Of a stretch of 64,000 nt of DNA, positions 45,399-54,600 are shown in pieces. Position numbers and translations under genes: made by a program. The DNA is taken from positions 92,168 to 156,167 of the forward strand of contig JAFGJD010000005.1 of assembly GCA_016929235.1 (NCBI GenBank), read 5' to 3'. Under the pieces are notes generated by a model, which saw only the letters and a list, made by a program, of their open reading frames with translations, searched no databases and was not told where the DNA came from. Every line of letters starts with the position of its first letter. Positions within the stretch are counted from its first letter, which is position 1. Source of the stretch: Candidatus Babeliales bacterium. Its GTDB lineage: Bacteria > Babelota > Babeliae > Babelales > JABCYS01.

Positions 45399-46760
45399 AT
45401 GAATAACCAATACCATACCTACGGAATCTTGGGTTTTGGCGTCGTCGGAAAATCAGTGCTCAGACATCTCTCAAATCAATCTCCTGATCGCATTGCCGTG
45501 TATGATTCCCGCAAGCTCTCTCAGGACGAGAACACAATAATCAGGGCAAACAATGGTGTTGTGTATCAACCTAGTGCACTGGAATCTTTTTTGATTGCCT
45601 GTGAACACATTATCCCAAGCCCTGGCATTGCACTACATAGGTATGACAAGTATAGCCACAAATGGCTGAGCGAACTTGATCTGTTTGCACATGCATGGCA
45701 CAAACATGTCATTGCCATTACAGGAACAGTCGGCAAAACAACAACAGCAGCACTTCTCGCACACACACTTGAACATATAGGGGAACATGTCGGCTTAGGC
45801 GGGAATATTGGAACCCCAATGCTTGATCTGGTTTCTTGCCAGGAGACGTATGCCCTTGCTGTTCTAGAACTCTCAAGTTTTCAGCTTATGCACATGAAAG
45901 AGTTTGCACCCGACATTGCAGTACTCCTCAATCTGTACCCCAATCACTTGGATTATCATACATCCTACGATGAATACAAAGCAGCAAAACTTAGACTATT
46001 TACCAACCAAAGCGAAAAACAAAATGCAATCATCCCGCTATTCCTAAAGGATGCATTGAAGGGCAAAAAAGCACACACAATTATAGTCACCCCCAACGAT
46101 CAGCTTTGTGAAGAAGAGCAACAAATTACTTTTGCCGAGCATAATGGCAATGTCACAAAGAAGAATAAGGGACATAAGGAAAGCATTATCAGACTTGGAT
46201 CTATACCCCCGTTCACTGTTACTGAAAACCTCGTCTTTATCACCGCAATACTTGATACTCTAAAGATTGATCCAATGCATCTAATTAATGCAGCATCAAC
46301 CTTTCCACCACAGGAACATCGTATGGAATACGTGTTAGAGCGCGATGGTGTCACCATCTACAATGACTCTAAGGCAACATTACCTGAGGCAACGCTTGCT
46401 GCACTCAATCGTCTGGGCAATCGCCCTACTATTCTTATCATTGGAGGATTATCTAAGGGAGTTGATCGCACGCCATTTTTTACGAACCTACCACCATCAG
46501 TACGTCACATTATTTGTTTTGGCAAAGAAGCAGAGAAGCTCGGCCATATTGGATCACAGTTTCATACGCCATGCACAATCAGCGCCTCGTTAGAGACGGC
46601 TATACGTGTGGCCTGGGAGACTAAACAACCAGGAGATATAATTCTTTTTTCACCGGGCGGCTCAAGTTTTGATCTTTTTAAAAACTATCAAGAACGAGGC
46701 AATTGTTTTAAGGCACACGTTATGAGACAATGGAGCCCTCAGGAGGTTGTAGGGTTATAA
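45399..46760 (+). CDS. murD: UDP-N-acetylmuramoylalanine--D-glutamate ligase
   Basis: The motifs are the N-terminal Rossmann GFGVVGKS, the P-loop ITGTVGKTTT, and the Mur ligase middle and C-terminal domains. Confidence 0.9.
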   Translation: MNNQYHTYGILGFGVVGKSVLRHLSNQSPDRIAVYDSRKLSQDENTIIRANNGVVYQPSALESFLIACEHIIPSPGIALHRYDKYSHKWLSELDLFAHAWHKHVIAITGTVGKTTTAALLAHTLEHIGEHVGLGGNIGTPMLDLVSCQETYALAVLELSSFQLMHMKEFAPDIAVLLNLYPNHLDYHTSYDEYKAAKLRLFTNQSEKQNAIIPLFLKDALKGKKAHTIIVTPNDQLCEEEQQITFAEHNGNVTKKNKGHKESIIRLGSIPPFTVTENLVFITAILDTLKIDPMHLINAASTFPPQEHRMEYVLERDGVTIYNDSKATLPEATLAALNRLGNRPTILIIGGLSKGVDRTPFFTNLPPSVRHIICFGKEAEKLGHIGSQFHTPCTISASLETAIRVAWETKQPGDIILFSPGGSSFDLFKNYQERGNCFKAHVMRQWSPQEVVGL

Positions 46761-46792
46761 TATAAACGTACCAACATTATTGGGGGCCTCCG

Positions 46793-47329
46793 ATGAAACA
46801 GGTTATTTTTTACCTTTCTTTGTTAAGTGTTTTACAGGTATGTGCTGAACATGATCACGACTCTACGAAGCGCTCACTTCCTACAACCCTCTCTTCCCAG
46901 GTCTCTTCATGCCCACTCTATGCAACGAGTATTGTCATGCTGACATGCGTCGGAATACTTGTGAACGGGCGAACAAAATATGCAACCAAAGAAGAACTCC
47001 AAGAACTATCCAAGCCCTGTGACCATTCCAACCTACTCACTGCCAATGCCCTCCAGGAACAGTTAGCCGCAGATGGTTTTATAAAAAAAGTAGCTGATGA
47101 AGTTAGACAAGAGATAGCCACAAGAATTACTGGCGACCTCATAAGCACGTCTATAATGGCAGCGAAAGATAGTGTTCGTGTGATTGCCCAATCTAATATG
47201 GCCGCATTAAATGAAGTTGCTATGGAACATCTTGCAGAACTAGAGGCACGTCTCAAAGCGCTTGAACAACCAAACAAACCAAAGCAACGCCGAATGAGCT
47301 GGCATGGAGACGGCACGCCACACCAATGA
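46793..47329 (+). CDS. Bitopic membrane protein with helical tail (family member)
   Basis: The signal peptide is MKQVIFYLSLLSVLQVCA. The TM is LYATSIVMLTCVGILV, followed by NGRTKYATKEELQEL...LAELEARLKALEQ. Confidence 0.55.
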   Translation: MKQVIFYLSLLSVLQVCAEHDHDSTKRSLPTTLSSQVSSCPLYATSIVMLTCVGILVNGRTKYATKEELQELSKPCDHSNLLTANALQEQLAADGFIKKVADEVRQEIATRITGDLISTSIMAAKDSVRVIAQSNMAALNEVAMEHLAELEARLKALEQPNKPKQRRMSWHGDGTPHQ

Positions 47330-47446
47330 ATCTGAACAATACTCTTAATTTAGAATATCCTCAGCCGACTTGCCTTAACACTCGTTAGACCTTAGACTCA
47401 TATGAACAGTGTATTTTCAACTTATTCTATCGAAGAAGGAAATCGG

Positions 47447-48079
47447 ATGAGATCATCAAAACTACTCTTGTTTACACTTGCAACAGTGCTTCTAACGCCG
47501 CAAGTTCTTTTCACCAATGATATTGAAAATGATCTAGATTATACGCAGCCGGCCTCCTCGAGTAGTGGCTCTTGGATGCCTTACATTATGTGCGCTGGCC
47601 TAAGTATTGTAGTATATCGACAACACAACAGGATTAATGCAATTGGCCAAAGGCGCTTCGAGACCGTGGCTAAAATACATGATGCTCATGCGCAGATCGA
47701 TACATTAGCGCACGCCATAGACGGAGAAGACGACCCTGAAGGGGGACATTTGCCTGGATTACGAGAGCAAGCACAACATATGCAACGGGGCTTAAACCAC
47801 CTCTGGACCGTCGTCATACAAGGAGAAGCTAATCGAGCAGGAAGAATTATTAGGAAGCCATTAGCAACTTACGTGGCTGAAAATGATCAAGCTCTGCAAG
47901 AACACGGGGTGCAACTTGGTCGACTTGGTCGTAACATAGAGGCAATACATGCCCAACAACAAGCTCTCTCGCAAAGGCTAGAAGAATTAGCTGAACAACG
48001 TGAACGAAGCGCTGAACCCGTCACAGATGCGCTACGTCAATTGAACGGAGAAGAAGATTCTGAAGAGGATGCTTCTTAA
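47447..48079 (+). CDS. Bitopic membrane protein with helical acidic tail (family member)
   Basis: GAAGGA RBS precedes the start, and the signal peptide is MRSSKLLLFTLATVLLTPQVLFT. GSWMPYIMCAGLSIVVY is followed by RQHNR and then AQQQALSQRLEELAEQRERS. It shares GxWMPxIxC with 49777-50184. Confidence 0.6.
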   Translation: MRSSKLLLFTLATVLLTPQVLFTNDIENDLDYTQPASSSSGSWMPYIMCAGLSIVVYRQHNRINAIGQRRFETVAKIHDAHAQIDTLAHAIDGEDDPEGGHLPGLREQAQHMQRGLNHLWTVVIQGEANRAGRIIRKPLATYVAENDQALQEHGVQLGRLGRNIEAIHAQQQALSQRLEELAEQRERSAEPVTDALRQLNGEEDSEEDAS

Positions 48080-48107
48080 TAAGCTTTAAAAACATCAAGC
48101 TCATAGG

Positions 48108-48142
48108 CACGGGAAGCATTGTGCTTCCCGTGTATTCTTTTT
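48108..48142 (+). terminator. Rho-independent terminator
   Basis: An 11-bp stem, CACGGGAAGCA (48108-48118) with TGCTTCCCGTG (48122-48132), has a 3-nt loop and is followed by TATTCTTTTT. Confidence 0.85.
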
Positions 48143-48216
48143 AATACACCACACCCTAGATAAAACTGATCAGTTATGTAATAGTACACACAAGAAAGTA
48201 TCACCTCTATGTCTAT

Positions 48217-49332
48217 GTGTGTATGTTTAGAGAACGAAGACTATTACAAGCAGATCTTAATATTTTTTTGAGCCTTGTCACAACACTGATTGTGATCGGC
48301 TTCCTTTTCATTTACTCATCGAGTTCTGTCTATGCATTAGAAAAACTCGGAAGCGCACATTACTTTGTTAAAAAACATTCTTTTGGACTACTTCTGGGTA
48401 TTATCGCGGGATGCGTTACACGGTATTTACCACTTGACCTCATCAAAGTAACGAGCCCCCTACTTTTTTTTACGTCACTGATCCTAACTACCATGACCAT
48501 GCTCACACCATTTGCACAACGCATTCACGGCTCCAGCAGATGGCTCAACTTAGGTGGCCTTGTGTTCCAACCAAGTGAACTTTTGAAAATGTCACTCTTG
48601 ATTTATATCGCCTATTTTTTAACGAAGAAAGAGCGCTATAAAAAATCATTCATGTATGGATACCTACCTTTTCTCATCATTTTAGGAATCAGTTGCGGGC
48701 TACTCCTGAAGCAACCTGACTTTGGACTCGCCGCCACCTTGGGCGCAACAACGTTTATTCTTTTGTTCATCGCACAGTTTAATACATCGTACCTCGTCAT
48801 AACCGTTGCCGCCGCTCTTCCAGGCCTGATTGGGCTTGTGTACTTCTTCCCCTACCGTTGGAAACGAATCATGACATTCCTTAATCCTTGGCAGGATCCT
48901 CAAGGTGCTGGGTTCCAGATCATCCAGTCACTGATTGCGATTGGCTCAGGGAGCATGTGGGGAGCAGGGATCTCACACTCCAAACAAAAGTTCTTTTATT
49001 TACCCATGCAGCATACTGACTTCATCTTCTCTATTATTGCCGAAGAGACCGGTTTTGTTGGATCAACTTTAATCGTCATCCTGTATGTACTTTTTACCTA
49101 CTATGGAATGCGCATCGCATGGCGCATGAAGGATACATTCTCTGTCTTTGTGACTCTTGGATTTGTAATCCTAACTAGCATGCAAGCTGTTATCAACCTC
49201 CTAGTTACCACTGGTTTGGTGCCAACCAAGGGCGTCGGGTTACCCTTCATCAGCTATGGGAACTCAGCCCTGATCTGTTCCCTTGCCATGATTGGATTGA
49301 TCATAAATTGCACCAATGAGCAACGGCTCTAG
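48217..49332 (+). CDS. ftsW: SEDS-family peptidoglycan glycosyltransferase FtsW/RodA (FtsW by proximity to murD)
   Basis: It has about 10 TM helices and the family motifs FQPSELLKMSLLIY, KQPDFG, WQDPQGAGFQIIQSLIAIGSG, HTDFIFSIIAEE and TKGVGLPFISYG. The start is GTG 48217 or ATG 48223. Confidence 0.9.
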   Translation: MCMFRERRLLQADLNIFLSLVTTLIVIGFLFIYSSSSVYALEKLGSAHYFVKKHSFGLLLGIIAGCVTRYLPLDLIKVTSPLLFFTSLILTTMTMLTPFAQRIHGSSRWLNLGGLVFQPSELLKMSLLIYIAYFLTKKERYKKSFMYGYLPFLIILGISCGLLLKQPDFGLAATLGATTFILLFIAQFNTSYLVITVAAALPGLIGLVYFFPYRWKRIMTFLNPWQDPQGAGFQIIQSLIAIGSGSMWGAGISHSKQKFFYLPMQHTDFIFSIIAEETGFVGSTLIVILYVLFTYYGMRIAWRMKDTFSVFVTLGFVILTSMQAVINLLVTTGLVPTKGVGLPFISYGNSALICSLAMIGLIINCTNEQRL

Positions 49333-49426
49333 ATAGCCCCTAAAAGGCCAAAACCATTTGATCGAAAGCATCTTTACGGCTATCTTGGAAAGTAGAAAAT
49401 GAGATCTACAACAAGAATAAGGCATC

Positions 49427-49732
49427 ATGAAACTAAAATACTATGCTGTGGCATTCCTAGTCCTCATGGCGAATCACACCGCGCCAACAATGGACGAGCA
49501 AAAGGATATTCCTCAGGAAAAAATTATCCAAAAAAGCTCTCAGTCGACACAGTTCAACCACGTGGCCAGGTTTATAATGATTTCGGAAATTTTATGTGTT
49601 GCACTTTTGTCTGTTGCCATTGCAAAAGGCCGCAATAAACTTTCAAGAATTCTCCATGAGAAGGACGGGCTCAAGATGCAAATCAATCAACAAAGGGGCG
49701 AGCTCTCCGCATTAAGAGACGACAACACATAA
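49427..49732 (+). CDS. Small bitopic membrane protein (family member)
   Basis: The signal peptide is MKLKYYAVAFLVLMANHTA. The TM is FIMISEILCVALLSVAIA, followed by KGRNKLSRILHEKDGLKMQINQQRGELSAL. Confidence 0.5.
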   Translation: MKLKYYAVAFLVLMANHTAPTMDEQKDIPQEKIIQKSSQSTQFNHVARFIMISEILCVALLSVAIAKGRNKLSRILHEKDGLKMQINQQRGELSALRDDNT

Positions 49733-49776
49733 AGACTTCTCCGTGTAGGATAAAAAATCAGATAAAGGAATTTCTT

Positions 49777-50184
49777 ATGAAGTGCTCATGGCTCATCCTA
49801 ATCATCGCAGTGGCATTCGCACCGACAATATACACAATGCCTGAACAATCACCCATACGCGATCTCCTTTATGACTCTCCTATGAGCATATCTATAGCTC
49901 CCCAGATTACCTTACAGCCTGACCTCTCACCTCAACCTCGTCGAGGATGGATGCCTGAGATTTTGTGCATCAGTACCGTAGCAGCAACACTTGTGGGAGC
50001 TCTACGAGCTCTTAATGCCGACCAAAAGCAATGGGATCTACATTTTGGTCAAGCCAGAGAATACTATCACTTGGCTCAGGACGGCATTGCATTAATCATC
50101 GGAAAAACAAAAACAGCCAAGACAAATCAAAGTCGACTTCATAAACAAGCAAGCGATCTGCAAAAAGCAACCGAATCTTTGTAA
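49777..50184 (+). CDS. Small bitopic membrane protein (family member)
   Basis: The signal peptide is MKCSWLILIIAVAFAPTIYT and the ecto segment is Pro-rich. RRGWMPEILCISTVAATLVGAL is followed by a helical tail. Confidence 0.55.
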   Translation: MKCSWLILIIAVAFAPTIYTMPEQSPIRDLLYDSPMSISIAPQITLQPDLSPQPRRGWMPEILCISTVAATLVGALRALNADQKQWDLHFGQAREYYHLAQDGIALIIGKTKTAKTNQSRLHKQASDLQKATESL

Positions 50185-50185
50185 A

Positions 50186-51685
50186 TTATTTCCAGTTCAT
50201 CACTAGATCAATAAGTAATCGAACGCCCGCTCCGGTAGCACCAGTTCGATAGTAACTCATACCCGGCACATCAAACGCTGTTCCTGCAATATCCAAATGT
50301 ACCCAAGGTGTTGTACCAACAAATGCGTGCAAAAAGAAAGCAGCTGTTGTTGCACCCGCTTTGTATGCAGGCTTTCCAATGTTACAGATATCTGCAACTG
50401 GCGTCTGTATCGCAGGAAGATAATCGTCATCCATAGGAAACCGCCATACACGATCACCAGAGCTATGGGCTGCTACCTCAACACGACGGGCAGCACTATC
50501 ATGCTTGCTGAACATACCGGTAAAAAATGGCCCGAGTGCATATTGGCATGCACCTGTGAGGGTTGCTAAATCAATCATGAAATCAGGTTCGTAATGCTTA
50601 ACAGCATACGAAAGGGCATCCGCGAGAATCAACCGACCTTCCGCATCAGTATTACGGACTTCAGCAGTCTTGCCGTTGTAGAACGTTATAATATCACCTG
50701 GTTTTGCTGCAGCACCACTTGGAAGATTTTCTGCTGCAGGAGCAACCATAACGACATTGACCTTCGGTTGTAGTTGTGCAATTGCTTGCATAGCACTGAT
50801 TACAGCTGCCGCGCCTGACATATCTTCTTTCATGGTCTCCATAGCATTTGCAGGCTTCAAACTCAAACCACCAGAATCGAATGTGATTCCCTTACCAATC
50901 AATGCAACTGTTGGCGCTTTCGCAGAGACCTTATATTCCATGATGATGAGCTTACAGTCCTGTTCGGAACCGGCTGATACTGCAGCAAGTCCTCCCATAC
51001 CCATCTTCTTAATCTGTTCTTCACTCAACACCTTACATGAGATGTTGTGCTGACGCGCAATCGATTCTGCGTGTTTTGCAAGCACAGCAGGCGTCAAATC
51101 ACTTGGTGGCGTATCAATTAACATACGCGCATTGTTAACCGCCTCGCCAATCACTTCTCCAACTGAAAGCGCCTTCTTGACTTGTGTTACATATGATCCA
51201 ACACACAAAGTTATGGAACGCTTAATTTTTGAGGGCTTGTCTTTGGTAAATCGATCAAAACGATAATCTGCCATATGTAATGTGGTTGCGGTATGTTGGA
51301 TAACGTCATCATAGGATTCCTTGAAACACGATGCCTCAGGAATCTGGAGCGCAATAGACGTAAGCTTATAACATTCGGCAGTGCGTATCAGCTTCCCAAG
51401 TGCACGTCGATATGATTCAAGTGTACAATGTAACCCCCTTTTTTTCCCCATACCAACAAGAATTATGTGTATCAGCTTTTTGTTATGCAATGCCGACACA
51501 ACACAATGTGTTTGCGCACTACCTTTGAATGCTTTCTGTTTCACCGCCTGAGCAAGTATTGGGAATTTTGCATGAACTGTTGCGGAAATATCTTTTGTTA
51601 CTGAGAACCCTTCATATACACACAGCGCATACGCGTGTGCATTGGCACTTGTTACTGTTTTACTGGAAAGAGTTAAGCAAATCAT
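50186..51685 (-). CDS. pepA: Leucyl aminopeptidase (M17)
   Basis: The motifs are VGKGITFDSGG and NTDAEGRLILADAL. The start ATG overlaps the stop of the giant gene in an ATGA. Confidence 0.93.
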   Translation of the reverse strand: MICLTLSSKTVTSANAHAYALCVYEGFSVTKDISATVHAKFPILAQAVKQKAFKGSAQTHCVVSALHNKKLIHIILVGMGKKRGLHCTLESYRRALGKLIRTAECYKLTSIALQIPEASCFKESYDDVIQHTATTLHMADYRFDRFTKDKPSKIKRSITLCVGSYVTQVKKALSVGEVIGEAVNNARMLIDTPPSDLTPAVLAKHAESIARQHNISCKVLSEEQIKKMGMGGLAAVSAGSEQDCKLIIMEYKVSAKAPTVALIGKGITFDSGGLSLKPANAMETMKEDMSGAAAVISAMQAIAQLQPKVNVVMVAPAAENLPSGAAAKPGDIITFYNGKTAEVRNTDAEGRLILADALSYAVKHYEPDFMIDLATLTGACQYALGPFFTGMFSKHDSAARRVEVAAHSSGDRVWRFPMDDDYLPAIQTPVADICNIGKPAYKAGATTAAFFLHAFVGTTPWVHLDIAGTAFDVPGMSYYRTGATGAGVRLLIDLVMNWK

Positions 51686-54600
51686 ACTGTCATTCCCTTT
51701 TGCTTCTTAGCACGTCGCGATTGTTTTTTATTTGCCCATGTTGGCTTTGTTTTTTTTGAACCACGCGTGTCTGACACGCGAATATTAGCAGATTGTGAGT
51801 GTACACGACTCTTTTTTCTTTTCACAGAGGATTGTTTAACTGATTGTGGAATCACCGTTTCACTCAACTGACCACCAGGGATAAACTTCAATGCGCCATC
51901 AACAACACCCACATTAAGCTTGTTAAGTATTTGTCGGAGTGAATCAAGCGGCAATGATGTACCAGATGGAATACCATCCTGATCATAGACCAATCCATTC
52001 TCGAGATTTATATAATTACGGTCGTAGACATCTCTGTAATACTGCTGACTGCCATCGGCAAGCGCATCCATTTGATAATAATATGATGCACCACTCTTGT
52101 AGATTACAGGCATTGCCCATAGACCTGCTGCCTGCGCGTTAGTCTTGAGTTGTTGATTTCCTTCATCCACAACCAATGATGATTCAGTTACTTGCTGCAA
52201 TAACATTGGTTGTATTTCTGGAACTAAACGATTATTACCAAGAACATCTACCGCTGGTCCTATCTTCCATACATCTCTTTGCAATTGTGTGATTTCAGCC
52301 TGATCAAACTGATCATACAAAGTGATATATTCGCGCGATAGTTCTTCACCACCAATAGCTTGATAGATCATATAACCGGTATCACCCTCCACAACACGAA
52401 TATCGCCTGAATCACCATATGAAGTATCGCCCGCGTCAACACGTTTTTGAAGGGCATCACTATGCATCATGTATTCATGATCCGCGTTTTTCGACACTCG
52501 TTCAAACAGAAAGTCATTATAGAGAAACTCTTGAACACCCATGTCGTCTTTAATAACAACACCAGCATCACCAAGCAAACTATCGTTCACCGCAATGCCC
52601 TTAGTTGGTGTAAATGTATCTTGTATGAGAATTTGATAGGAACTATCGCTCAAAAACGACGGTTCTTGGCCAGCAGGAGGATTATCTGCAGATGAGCGCA
52701 CATAGTATGCAACATCGTAATCCTGATAGTCATAATCATTAGACTCAGGTTGCCGAGCATAGACGAACAAGCTATCACCCGCGTCATTTGTAAATTCATT
52801 GCCACTCTTGAACGTATACGTATCAGTTCCAAGCGTAAGCGATTCAAGACCACCGTCATCACTCAGTGTGACTGGAACATCATAGCTTTCGAAGAACCAT
52901 GTCACATCGTACTGAATTTGACCACCAGCAGTTCGTACGACAATATCCATATCATTAAAGCTGTCATCTGAGAGGGTATACCGCTTGTATCCGTCTGTAG
53001 TAGTGTCATTCCACCATTCATCATACATCTTTTGGTTCACTGTTGCTGCCTGAATTCCATACTGATCAGATACGATACTCATTGATTGCCCGTCTGCCGT
53101 TTTATAGATTTCCGTCATCACAACATTCTGTGAATCAACATCAGGCGTACCATCTGGACGGTAAAGTTTACCCGTCACAAAATCAATGTAACGATCCATA
53201 CCAGCAGCCGCGTCGACTTGCCGCACAAGATACGTATTCATGGACTCTCCATCCTTGTCTTGGGTCACATAGTAGAAGTAATAGGTACTACCCTTATCAA
53301 TAATCGCTGCAATACCAGCCGTTGGGAATCGTGAATCAGTACTTACAATGAGATTAGTACCACTTTGTCCGGCAGATACATTTTTGTCACTATCCGCAAA
53401 CGGCAATGCAATCGTATCTGATGTAGGGATCAATGATTGCGTTCCGTCTGAGTTATTCTGCACGCCAGCAGATGCCATTACACCACGCAAGATCCATCCA
53501 GTCATGTGCGAAATATACTTACCATCCGCATCATACGATATACCAATCTTACGACGATACTGATCTATTTTATCAGGATAGAGTAATGCAATATCACTAT
53601 CTGATGGATTAAAGTCAAAATATCCTTTTGGGTCCGAAAATGCTTGATAATATTTACCTGTCGCAGGATCCTGTTTCACAAAAGGATGCCCAATAACTGT
53701 TTCTTGTGCATCAAGTTGTGCTCGTAGCGTATCGCTAAAAACTGGCGTCCTCTTCAATTCTTGCTCTGGAACTGTTGCTGATAATCGAGCAAAATCTGCA
53801 GTCTCTGCTTGAATGGTTTGCTTTAATTCATTGCCAATGCCTTGATACTTCCATGAGACCAATTCATACAAAGCCTGATTATCATACTGAGCAATCTTAC
53901 CAGTCCTATCATACTGCACACCGGTTACCAAACTGATAAGTGATGATACTGATGCAGTGAACTCTACTCCATATTGTGTCCCAGATGCCTGATCGCTTTT
54001 CACACACACAACATAATCTGTGAATGTCGGATAGGCACGTGCTGTTGACTTGTAAATATAGTGGCCCTTATTCATCTCTTGGCTAAGCGCAGCATCATCT
54101 TCAGGAATAGAGAGCTGGAATTGGTAGAAAGAGAACGGCCCACGAGCACTCGCTTGTTGCTGCAGTCGACGTTCCTGTGCTTGCTGAATATCATCCCATG
54201 TCTTGTTACCACTGATGCCTTTAAATTCTTTACCGCCTTGGCGAACTTGATTTTCCTGAACTTTGGCAAGCAACAGGTCAACATTGAATGTTTTTGCAAC
54301 GCCACTTTCATCAGTTACTTTTCGCCCGCTTTGATCATAGATCACACCTGTCGATACACTCACGGCATAAGGTCGTTCATCTAGTGAGAAAAATAATCCG
54401 GTATTGTCTGTAAGTTGATCTGGTGAATCGGTCATGACAAATAAATCAGTAGGCTCAAAGACCATCGTATTTCCAGCATTTTGATAGTCAGTATTCACCG
54501 ACTGATAGAAGTAATTGCCATTGATCGCAAGGTCTATGCTTGGAATTTGGAAGTAAATATTAAACAACCGGTTAGTGGTAAACTGAAACGGTCCAACAAA

